Positions 56,042-64,000 of a stretch of DNA of 64,000 nucleotides are shown piece by piece. Below the pieces are notes generated by a model. That model saw only the letters and a program-made list of their open reading frames with translations. It was not told where the DNA came from and made no database searches. This stretch comes from a virus. Where the stretch lies: IMG/VR virus record IMGVR_UViG_3300037041_001083, positions 15,996 through 79,995 of that record. One strand, 5' to 3'. The position numbers and the translations under genes were made by a program. Positions within the stretch are counted from its first letter, which is position 1. Each line of letters starts with the position of its first letter.

Positions 56042-59000
56042 TTCTTCCCCCTACTATTTAAAACTTGAGCAGCCCGTTCAACCACAGCCTTGTGTTCGTC
56101 GTCTGGTGCGCCACCGTATTGTTTTGCCCACTTTTTCCAGTATGCTTGAGCGTTACCGCCCTTGTCAGTATGCGATACAAAAGCTTTCAAATCATCCTCA
56201 GTCTCTTTAATCACACTAGCGTCTAAATCCGCATATCCTGCTTCACTTAAAACTTTACTTAATGCGGTGGTTAAATCGGATGTTTTTTCAATAGCTGGTT
56301 TTTGAACTCCACGATTCTGAACTAATTTATCATGTATCGCATGGGTTTTTTCAGGCTTTTTTGCTGAGTCCAAATTTGGACTGTGTGACTTTTCCTCTTT
56401 AGGAGGCAACCTTTTATCGTGCTTGTGTTCAACGTACTGGTCAGGCAAATCAGGATGCTTTTTCTTCACTGATTTTGCATATGCTGCAAAGGCTTCCTCG
56501 TCCTTAGCTAAGTGAGTCAGGTGAGCATCCCTCTTACCTTTACCAGCAGCCTTCAAATGCCGCACAGCAGCGTTCCAATGCTTTTTTGCCAGCCCTTTAT
56601 TCTCGCTTGAGGCATGGTGCGCTGCGTGGCGCAAATGGTGTTCAGCGGCAGCATTATTCTCATCGGCAGTCAGCGGTTCCGTACTTGATGAACTAGGTGC
56701 TTGATCTCCATTCTCCGGAGTAATTTTGGTTTTAACTTCCGGTTTTTCCTCAGCTTTTTTTTCAGGAGCTTTACTTGATGGCTTCTTGATAGTTTCCGCT
56801 GTGTCGTCACGTTTGCTTACAACAGCATCAGCTTTGGGTTCCTCGCCCATTGTTGCATACATTTTACCGCTGGCTTTCTGGGAGCCGGGAAGTAAGCTAG
56901 GCGAATGTTTTTTGTAATTGCTATCACCATACATCGCATGTACTTTTTTGTTTTCTCGCTTTTGATAGTCAAGCACAGCCTTACCAACTTGCTCATATTC
57001 AGGCAACAAATCAGCACTTCGGTTATTTCTCATGTTATCAACGCTCATTTTGAACGCTGTAAATCCCGGCACTTCGTCATAGTCCGAGGTAACTTTCATG
57101 TTTGAATTATGTCGGCTTGCAAGTCTGGCATACTTAGTTACGTCCAGTGTACGGTCACTGATACCAACATGGATTTTGACAGGCTTATCCTGTCCAAAAC
57201 GCCATATTCTACCATACGATTGTTCGGTTTCACCCGGAGTCCAGCCAAGGTCATAGCGATACATGCCATTTGCCATCTGCATGTTCACGCCTTCCTTAAT
57301 TGACTCGTCACAGGCAACAATAATTTGTGGGCCATTTTTGTCCTTGGTATCTAGGAATGGTTCAAGCCCTTCCTTGTGACTTCCATCGTAATAAACGGCC
57401 ATTTTTTTAAGTTCAGGTGGCAAATTGTCAAATACATGTCTGGCACTGTTGATACGCTTGGTAAACACGATAAATTTACCATTTTTAGGATCAGCGAAAT
57501 GTTCCTTCATTTTTGCGTATGCGTCTTTGGCCTTCGCTGATACTTCACCGTCGAGGTTCAAAATGGCTTTTAAGGTTTGTGGTCGAAATTTTTGCAAAAA
57601 CTTCTGAGCCTGTTTTACTGGCTTGGCAAGCTCCGGCCCCTCCTCCTCGCCTTCTTCACCGTCATATCCTTTTTTCCAAGCATCAGGATTGTAGCTGTAG
57701 TCAACTCCAGCTTTATCGCAAACATCCTTGAAAGCTTTTACCTTCTTTGAATATTCATTTGGGTGGTCAACGATACCAGTCAGCGTGTTTATGGCATCAA
57801 TTACCTTGCCAGTGGGGTTTTCCTCATCCTCTTGCTCATCAGGATCACCTTGAAGCTTTCGCAACTCAGCAGCTACCTTGGGATCGGTGTCAGCGAGTTG
57901 TTGAATAGCATCCATAGCATCTGTGATGGCTGATTCATTCGCCAAGGCCTGTTTTGGCTCCATGTGAACCACGGAAGTTTTTTCATCACGCTCTGGTAAT
58001 AAGTGCATCCAATTTGTTCGGCGAATGGAAATGAAACCCTTGGCAAGCAAATCCTCTCGGAGCTGCTTTACGCCTTTGTCGCTCCATGTGTAGCCAGCCT
58101 TGGATTTTGTGAAACCGTATTGTTTGGCAAAATCATCGAGGTTCTGAGTACGTCCGGGATATAACCACGACATTTGCCCAACTACGTCAGCAGGGTCTTT
58201 GGATATAAATGTACCTGTTGCCAGCCTTTTGTAAGCTGCACCACTGAAATATTGCAATGCAATATGTCGGCCACTATCAGGGTTTTTTACCTTCTGGCAA
58301 TTATGTACTAGGACACCGTTGATACTGTAGGAAGGGTGACCTGCAACTCCAATATCGTAGTAACGACCCTCTGGGTTTCGTTCATCACTTCCTGATTCGT
58401 AAACCTCAACATTGTCCACCCTAAAGCACTCAATACTTCCTTTTTCTTTAAATCTTGCGCTTTCCTTGCGAGTAATTGGTGTGAGTAACCGTCGCACTCC
58501 ACGCACAGTTTCTTCACTGGAAATGCTAAGTCCGGCTTGTATGCCGCTGCTATCCCCGGCCTCCTCTTGCCAGTAGATATTGCTAAATTCCACACCCAAC
58601 CATTTCCCAATGCTTCCATTAACAATGCCTCTGGTTTCGTCATTCCCGTTCCATTGCCCATGCGAATTGGAGGTTTGTGACCTATTTTCTTCAATGTCCG
58701 AGTCATTTTCATCCGTGTTTTTAAATTGCTCATCGGATTTTTCTCGTTCATCCGTTTTGCAGCCCAAGGCTTTTCCATTCCTAAATGTGCTTCCGATATT
58801 TTCCTGCTTACTTCCTCGTTGTACATTTTCTCTCGTATTGATGGTTGAGTCATCCGCCATTTCGCTGAACAGGATGTGCCGCAAAAACGATTCTTGTTCG
58901 TTCCTTTCTGAAGATATTTTAGTTGAAATTCCTTCATGCACCATTCGCATCGCTTCACTTGTGTTGACAAGCCAATCTCCCTCAATAATATCCTTTGCCA

Positions 59001-60393
59001 TTACCCAACCACTCGGAGTAAGCCAAGGATGATTCAATGAACATTTTATTTCTTGCCCATTGAATCTTAATCTTATGTGCTTGTCGAGTTGCTTATTGCT
59101 AGTGCTTATTACTGGCATTTCTCCACTTGCACTTTTTACCATGTCACCAATTTTAATTTCAGCAATTCGCTTGGTAGTCCCATCAGCCATGTCAATCAAA
59201 GTATCTGGATGAAAACACTCATCCAAACTCACAAGGTCAAAATCCCCTCCCGCCAACGCTTGCGCTCGCAAATAATGCTTTGTGGGATCGGGTTCATTCT
59301 CAGCACCGTGATTGTGGGAAATAAAGTCATAGCTGGTGGTGAAAATGGTATTTGGTGGAGCATTTTTAATATCCTCAACCAATTTTTCCATGTCTCCCTT
59401 GTAATGGTTGTTTACTAAGTCACCATCAATGACAAATACGTTCATTTTGTTGTCGGTATATTCGAGTATTTTCTTAGCATTTTGATGCAGCGTCATGTTT
59501 GTAGCAACAATTAAAGGTCGTTTGACCTTACCTTGAGCCATTAAATTTATTGCATCAAATGGTAGAAGTAAACCTTTACCACCGCCCATATCAACGTCAA
59601 CAATAGCCTTGGTCATCTTGTTAAGTTTAGCAAGCACCTCAGCTTGATGCGGAAACAGCTCAATTTTACTGCTGGTTGAAGGAATATCAGGGCAATCTTG
59701 AGGTCGCAGGTGCATTGCTTGCAGGTTTATCATTTCCTGTTTTTCCCAATGCTCCTTAGCAGCCTCACCGTGTTCAGTCGCCATTCTTGCTTCGGCTTTT
59801 TCGTGGTAGTCAGCTTCGGGTGAGTTATAAATTGCCTTGTACAATTCAGCATGATCGGACTTGGTAGCAAACTCTGTTGCGCCCTTTTTTTTAAGTTTTT
59901 TGAGTTTGGGCTTTATTTCGTTTTCAGTAATCCAGTCTCGCATATCCTTCACTGTTTCAAGCGCAGGTTCCTCACCATTTGCTTTTGCATCTTCTTTGTG
60001 ATCGTGGAGGTATGATTGCAATACTTTGTTCACATCGTGGCTATCAACTGGATTTGTGCCTTCAAACTCATCACGAGTTTCTGGCCTATATTTCCAGTGT
60101 TTCCACATATGCGCTTCGTCGATAGGTGTGGTTTGTCCGAGGTAGTTGTAAATATCCTCGTTCTTCATTTCATCCTGTGGAGTGTGCTTATACGTTTTAA
60201 GCTGTCCATTATGAATAACGGACGTATGATGTTCATCAGCAGAAACAAACTTGTTTTTATATGCCGCAGGATTTTGTTCAGCATCTTTTCTGCTATCCCT
60301 ATATTCATCAATATGAATGATTTTACCATTGGGAAGCTTGCGATAGTGTGCGGTTACTTTGGCTTTTTTAATCCAATCAAACATTCTTACCAT
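56038..60393 (-). CDS. SNF2-family helicase containing an intein
   Basis: LFPHQ, DMGGGKG, DE|CQ, ATGT, KFIVFT, EGVNMQ, WTPG..EQSYGRIWRFGQ. Confidence 0.85.
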   Translation of the reverse strand: MVRMFDWIKKAKVTAHYRKLPNGKIIHIDEYRDSRKDAEQNPAAYKNKFVSADEHHTSVIHNGQLKTYKHTPQDEMKNEDIYNYLGQTTPIDEAHMWKHWKYRPETRDEFEGTNPVDSHDVNKVLQSYLHDHKEDAKANGEEPALETVKDMRDWITENEIKPKLKKLKKKGATEFATKSDHAELYKAIYNSPEADYHEKAEARMATEHGEAAKEHWEKQEMINLQAMHLRPQDCPDIPSTSSKIELFPHQAEVLAKLNKMTKAIVDVDMGGGKGLLLPFDAINLMAQGKVKRPLIVATNMTLHQNAKKILEYTDNKMNVFVIDGDLVNNHYKGDMEKLVEDIKNAPPNTIFTTSYDFISHNHGAENEPDPTKHYLRAQALAGGDFDLVSLDECFHPDTLIDMADGTTKRIAEIKIGDMVKSASGEMPVISTSNKQLDKHIRLRFNGQEIKCSLNHPWLTPSGWVMAKDIIEGDWLVNTSEAMRMVHEGISTKISSERNEQESFLRHILFSEMADDSTINTRENVQRGSKQENIGSTFRNGKALGCKTDEREKSDEQFKNTDENDSDIEENRSQTSNSHGQWNGNDETRGIVNGSIGKWLGVEFSNIYWQEEAGDSSGIQAGLSISSEETVRGVRRLLTPITRKESARFKEKGSIECFRVDNVEVYESGSDERNPEGRYYDIGVAGHPSYSINGVLVHNCQKVKNPDSGRHIALQYFSGAAYKRLATGTFISKDPADVVGQMSWLYPGRTQNLDDFAKQYGFTKSKAGYTWSDKGVKQLREDLLAKGFISIRRTNWMHLLPERDEKTSVVHMEPKQALANESAITDAMDAIQQLADTDPKVAAELRKLQGDPDEQEDEENPTGKVIDAINTLTGIVDHPNEYSKKVKAFKDVCDKAGVDYSYNPDAWKKGYDGEEGEEEGPELAKPVKQAQKFLQKFRPQTLKAILNLDGEVSAKAKDAYAKMKEHFADPKNGKFIVFTKRINSARHVFDNLPPELKKMAVYYDGSHKEGLEPFLDTKDKNGPQIIVACDESIKEGVNMQMANGMYRYDLGWTPGETEQSYGRIWRFGQDKPVKIHVGISDRTLDVTKYARLASRHNSNMKVTSDYDEVPGFTAFKMSVDNMRNNRSADLLPEYEQVGKAVLDYQKRENKKVHAMYGDSNYKKHSPSLLPGSQKASGKMYATMGEEPKADAVVSKRDDTAETIKKPSSKAPEKKAEEKPEVKTKITPENGDQAPSSSSTEPLTADENNAAAEHHLRHAAHHASSENKGLAKKHWNAAVRHLKAAGKGKRDAHLTHLAKDEEAFAAYAKSVKKKHPDLPDQYVEHKHDKRLPPKEEKSHSPNLDSAKKPEKTHAIHDKLVQNRGVQKPAIEKTSDLTTALSKVLSEAGYADLDASVIKETEDDLKAFVSHTDKGGNAQAYWKKWAKQYGGAPDDEHKAVVERAAQVLNSRGKK
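58300..59217 (-). mobile_element. Intein (306 aa) in SNF2 Walker B
   Basis: Starts CFHPDTLIDMADG, has block B CSLNHPWLTPSGW, ends YYDIGVAGHPSYSINGVLVHN|C. Confidence 0.92.
58308..58985 (-). CDS. Overprinted Vsr/DUF559-type endonuclease in the +1 frame inside the intein
   Basis: CEWC...FCGTSC zinc finger, a NUMOD3-like RKISEAHLG and YKPDLAF...VECDGYSH...D..K..VL...GW..LRFTN. Candidate start is the TTG at 58970 after GAGGGAG. Confidence 0.8.
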   Translation of the reverse strand: MREIGLSTQVKRCEWCMKEFQLKYLQKGTNKNRFCGTSCSAKWRMTQPSIREKMYNEEVSRKISEAHLGMEKPWAAKRMNEKNPMSNLKTRMKMTRTLKKIGHKPPIRMGNGTGMTKPEALLMEALGNGWVWNLAISTGKRRPGIAAAYKPDLAFPVKKLCVECDGYSHQLLARKAQDLKKKEVLSALGWTMLRFTNQEVMNETQRVVTTILELQVTLPTVSTVS

Positions 60394-60592
60394 TGAAGTA
60401 GTCCTTATTCACCTGTAGTTCGCCTTCATTACCAAGCAAAAACATTCCGTTATCAATGCCCTCGTCAATAGCTTCTGAGGAATTAAGCGAAGGTTTGGCA
60501 GCTTTAATTTTGTCCAACAAGTAGTCAAAAGCCTCATGTTCCTCTTGACTCATTCCTCCCATGCCGATGCGTAGTCCGAGTGGTGAGGTCAT
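60377..60592 (-). CDS. Hypothetical protein
   Basis: Likely start MTSPLG via ATGA coupling. Confidence 0.5.
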   Translation of the reverse strand: MTSPLGLRIGMGGMSQEEHEAFDYLLDKIKAAKPSLNSSEAIDEGIDNGMFLLGNEGELQVNKDYFNGKNV

Positions 60593-60972
60593 GGAGTCAC
60601 CTCGATAGTGAAAAGCTCTCGCATGTAAGGCCAAATGAGTATTGCGCCAGTATCAGGGTCACTTACCTCAAAACTCATCATAAAGTAGCCAGCGTCTTGA
60701 GTATCAACTGGATGCCATTTATGCCGAATAAGCCCTTTGGTTGCGTCAATAACCTCAGTGATACCTTGCACCACATGTTCAGGCTGGTTACGCCCACAAC
60801 CGTACATCTTGGCTTTTACGGTCATGCCAGTTAGGTCGATTGGTTCCTCATTGGTTACTGGAGGGCAAGGGTAAAATGATTGTTCCCAAGGAATCGGTCT
60901 GCCTGATTTTGTAAGCACCAGCTCAAGCCAAGGTGCAGTAGCTACCCTTCGGATTTGGAACGCAGCAATCAT
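60589..60972 (-). CDS. BppU-like Ig-fold virion protein
   Basis: PIDLTGMTV...IDATKG.I...W...DT..AG...F.V pattern; ATGA coupled to the cold-shock gene. Confidence 0.6.
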   Translation of the reverse strand: MIAAFQIRRVATAPWLELVLTKSGRPIPWEQSFYPCPPVTNEEPIDLTGMTVKAKMYGCGRNQPEHVVQGITEVIDATKGLIRHKWHPVDTQDAGYFMMSFEVSDPDTGAILIWPYMRELFTIEVTP

Positions 60973-61241
60973 GGTGTAAACCTCTGAATTAGTTTTATAT
61001 CCACAGCACATATGCCGTTACGGTTAGTGCTAAATGCAAACTCAACGATGTCATTTATCTGTAATGTTTTAAAACCAGCTTGAACAATGCTGTGATAGTG
61101 GCAAAATATATCCTTGCCATTATTCAACTCAGTATCGTCAGCCTTGACGAAACCATATCCAAGATTGGCATTAAACCAAACAACTTTTCCACGATACCGT
61201 TTGTCACTCTCAGGTTCAGAACGGTGGTTTGCCAAATTCAT
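60969..61241 (-). CDS. Cold-shock domain protein
   Basis: GKVVWFN..LGYGFV (RNP1), DIFCHY (RNP2), GFKTL...VEF; ATG at 61241 after GGAGG. Confidence 0.9.
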   Translation of the reverse strand: MNLANHRSEPESDKRYRGKVVWFNANLGYGFVKADDTELNNGKDIFCHYHSIVQAGFKTLQINDIVEFAFSTNRNGICAVDIKLIQRFTP

Positions 61242-62886
61242 TTTCTTGTCCTCCTGCGCCAGCTTGACCGCCCTGTTGCTGCTGTTGTTGACCCTGCTGC
61301 TGCATTTGCTGTTGTTGCTGTTCTTGTAATTGTTTTTGCTGGTTTGCAGCCTGTATGAATGGATTTGCGATAATGTTACCGCCAGCTTCATCGTCAATTT
61401 CTTCCATGCCACACATTTTGCGCTGCTCATTTACAGTGATAAATGTTGCTTTTGATACAGCTAAATCAATAACTTCTTTCTCACTTTTTCCGTAATCCCA
61501 TTCCATTGTGAGGTCAGGATCAATACGACGTAAAATCGGATCAAAAATGTGAGTCTTGAAGTGATTGAGCGAGGTTTCAAGTCCTTGCTCCTGCGCCATG
61601 CTGATTTGAGTTTCTTGGTTTGCACCTTGAAGCGCACCCTTGTTATCGCCAGCCCTCGGAGCTTCGTTGATTTCTGATGGATGCATACTGAATACTGCAC
61701 AGGCTAAGTTAGTCAGCTTTTGAACATAAAAGTCGAATAACATATCCTTGTGATTTTGTCGTAATTGATGCACAGCTAAGTCTTGAGCATCAGGCAAAGC
61801 CAATAAAGGCACCTTGAACATACCGTCGATGCCGCTCATGTTTGCTTGCAGGATATTAGTTAGGTCTACAACGTGTTTATCGTCGTAACTACCCTTCATT
61901 GCCAACAATACTTCTGTCATGTTTCCGGTTTGGAAATACTTGAGGTTTGCGCTCATTGCCATAATTTCAGCAAGGATGCAAAAAATTGCTTTCTCAGTCA
62001 GTGATCGTGGGTATCCGGCGAACCGAACATCGGTGCTGGGTAAAAATGGAGCAACGATCAATCTGCCAGTTGGGAACGTGCGAACAGGTTTTCCACCCAT
62101 TAAGTAAATATACTCAGTCTCATCAGTAATATCTATTTGATAATGGTCACTAAGCTGTTGCATGATAGCCTTCATGCCAGTGTAATTTTCTTGCCAACTT
62201 GTGTCGGTTGATAAACGAGCTTTTGTGGTCAAATACTTGATTGCCGAAAAGGTTGGGATGACATTTGCACCATCAATAGCACCAAAGGCTCTTGGAGTGC
62301 CGTACATATCAAGGCCAAGCTCAATTACTGGCCTATTTATGACTAAATGATCCTCCATTATCTTAGCCATGAAGTCGTCCAAATTAGGCTCAATATCCTG
62401 AAAAACTACGCCTTCGTTCCAATACACGTTCCAAGGCGATAGCATCATTTCTTCGGCTTCCCTGCACAGGTTTTTGTAACCGTCAGGAACAGTGAACCCC
62501 TCCTCGCCGTGTCGTCTGTGCATCACTCGAAAGCCTACTTCGCCATGAGTTGACTTACGGGCAACCTTGGCAAAGCGTGTGCATTGAAATTGGCGTTTGG
62601 ACACAATAGCTGCCAGCAGACTCGAGCGTTCGGCAATTTGCCTCAGCAGCGTGAAGCTTACTGTACCTCTGGCACTGTTGGTTCCAGCGTAGCCCTTTTG
62701 GTAGCCACCATAGTAACTCGAACCGCCATAAGCTTGTTCGGGCAATCTGGGAGCCGATGGAGTCATACCAAGGGATAAGTATTTTAAAACGTCACCAAAG
62801 CCTAACCTTCCCTCGCTACCTTCTCTGGCTCGCTTATCGAGTTCGGCTGGTGTTGGAACTTTTCGATTAACTTCATTTTTAGCCAT
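61216..62886 (-). CDS. Portal protein
   Basis: Follows the terminase; AIDGANV, YFQ.G, DM.F......CAVF.MHPSEI, S.EQGL..L, TVNE.R motifs; Gln-rich tail. Confidence 0.85.
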   Translation of the reverse strand: MAKNEVNRKVPTPAELDKRAREGSEGRLGFGDVLKYLSLGMTPSAPRLPEQAYGGSSYYGGYQKGYAGTNSARGTVSFTLLRQIAERSSLLAAIVSKRQFQCTRFAKVARKSTHGEVGFRVMHRRHGEEGFTVPDGYKNLCREAEEMMLSPWNVYWNEGVVFQDIEPNLDDFMAKIMEDHLVINRPVIELGLDMYGTPRAFGAIDGANVIPTFSAIKYLTTKARLSTDTSWQENYTGMKAIMQQLSDHYQIDITDETEYIYLMGGKPVRTFPTGRLIVAPFLPSTDVRFAGYPRSLTEKAIFCILAEIMAMSANLKYFQTGNMTEVLLAMKGSYDDKHVVDLTNILQANMSGIDGMFKVPLLALPDAQDLAVHQLRQNHKDMLFDFYVQKLTNLACAVFSMHPSEINEAPRAGDNKGALQGANQETQISMAQEQGLETSLNHFKTHIFDPILRRIDPDLTMEWDYGKSEKEVIDLAVSKATFITVNEQRKMCGMEEIDDEAGGNIIANPFIQAANQQKQLQEQQQQQMQQQGQQQQQQGGQAGAGGQENEFGKPPF

Positions 62887-62933
62887 AGCATTTTCCTCTT
62901 CGTCTAACTTAATGATGCTTGTTCCATATTACG

Positions 62934-64000
62934 TTATTTTTTTTCCTTAGCCATCTGCTGAAACATTGCCTTGTAGTGGGCGATAATATTTGGAGGTGTT
63001 CCGGGAGGGAATAAGTTTTCAATCCCTTCATCTGTAATCTTTTCGTAAATAGGTTGATTGATGCTGAGTCCTGTAACCTTAAACTCGCCAGCACTTTTGA
63101 AGGCAGCATAGCAATAAACTTCTGCGTGGAAGTAGTGGTCAGGATCACTTACCCAAGTGAACGTATTTCGCGCCTCATCGAAAATTCGAGTAGGTATCTT
63201 GAGCAGGTTATAGTAGTCGCCACCGTCAAGGGTGTTCGCATTTGCTGGAAGTATTAAAGTTTGTTCCTGAAAAGCTTTATTTACTCTGTCCATTAGCATT
63301 GTACGATCAGCGGATACAATGCGCTTATTGTTATCGACAGCCAGTTCTGTCAAGCCAAATTGGTATCGACATATGTAACCTTTACCATTGAAACGAGCTA
63401 CTAAATCCTTTGCTTTTCGTGTTTCTGGCATTGCATCGACCACAAATGCTCGAACATTATATCGAGTTACCAGCTCATCTATATCTTCAAACTCAGGAAC
63501 AGTACCAGCCATAAGCAATTTTAAGGTTCCATCAGGCTGTGGTTCTCTTACGACGACATGTAGGCGTTTACCAACGTCAATACCCATAACACAGGCTGTA
63601 CCAGTCATGGACATTAAATATCGACGCTTGCATCTGTTCAGTATTTCATCGGTTAGTTTCGCTCCATTAGCAGCATATGTACAACCCAATATCGAGTTGT
63701 AAAATACTTGCATTGCAATATCGTCTTCAAGTCCTTTTAGGAACTTTGCCCACATTATTTTTACATTTACATAGGACGACATCATTTGATGGATGTGATA
63801 ACCGCTGTGTTCTTTGATATGCGGATACTTTGGAACCCACACTGAATAATTGGTGAAACGGTTAAGGTGCTTACTGCATTTTACGCATAAAACACCAATG
63901 TCTTGATCGCTACCAATATCCCATTCCTTGTCACGCAGGATGTATTTTTCATCATCAGTTTGAATAACGACGTTCTTAAACCAATCCATTGTTTGCCATT
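62934..64000 (-). CDS. Terminase large subunit, C-terminal nuclease part (GpA-like; partial)
   Basis: FYNSILG..Y, MGIDVG, VVDAMPE, DHYFHA motifs; the frame runs off the window edge. Confidence 0.85.
   Translation of the reverse strand, partial: WQTMDWFKNVVIQTDDEKYILRDKEWDIGSDQDIGVLCVKCSKHLNRFTNYSVWVPKYPHIKEHSGYHIHQMMSSYVNVKIMWAKFLKGLEDDIAMQVFYNSILGCTYAANGAKLTDEILNRCKRRYLMSMTGTACVMGIDVGKRLHVVVREPQPDGTLKLLMAGTVPEFEDIDELVTRYNVRAFVVDAMPETRKAKDLVARFNGKGYICRYQFGLTELAVDNNKRIVSADRTMLMDRVNKAFQEQTLILPANANTLDGGDYYNLLKIPTRIFDEARNTFTWVSDPDHYFHAEVYCYAAFKSAGEFKVTGLSINQPIYEKITDEGIENLFPPGTPPNIIAHYKAMFQQMAKEKK

Noticed and set aside
58580-59032. 150-aa antisense ORF inside the SNF2 intein (possible triple coding)
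   Set aside because: Ser/Phe-rich mirror of the intein frame with no recognisable motif; there is no evidence it is expressed.
61241-61430. N-terminal extension of the cold-shock ORF as given in the ORF track
   Set aside because: It is an off-frame read of the portal's Gln-rich tail; a strong SD and ATG exist at 61241.
1-64000. Alternative genetic code, tRNA genes or structured ncRNA
   Set aside because: Code 11 gives dense, full-length genes using all three stops. I saw no cloverleaf or long intergenic region by eye; a covariance-model scan was not run.

Overview
This window is about 64 kb of a large tailed-phage genome, or a prophage, with a contractile tail and SPO1/Herelleviridae-like head proteins, using the standard genetic code. 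Positions 1-2.6 kb (+ strand) carry the end of an early/recombination block: a Gp157-like protein, a Bet/RecT single-strand annealing protein and a Fis-type HTH protein. The rest is one long minus-strand late region. In transcription order it runs: terminase large subunit (partial), portal, cold-shock protein, a ~12 kb 'cargo' cluster (intein-containing SNF2 helicase, SWIM protein, DarA-C-like protein, intein-containing UvrD helicase, MuF-like protein, PAPS-reductase-family enzyme), prohead protease, scaffold, major capsid, head/neck accessory proteins, sheath, tube, chaperones, tape measure, baseplate, tail fibre and a lysis/envelope cassette. Three observations stand out. (1) The SNF2 intein hides a complete Vsr/DUF559-type endonuclease gene overprinted in the +1 frame with a candidate RBS of its own, while the sister intein in UvrD carries a clearly homologous endonuclease in frame. 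(2) The cargo-cluster proteins share K-A/K-S protease-like motifs, a common N-terminal leader and a ~65-aa module I cannot assign, which suggests a capsid-packaged, injected toolkit. (3) A dnaX-type -1 frameshift signal in the tail-chaperone region is fed by a separate mini-ORF. All family assignments come from motif recognition by eye; no database searches were run.
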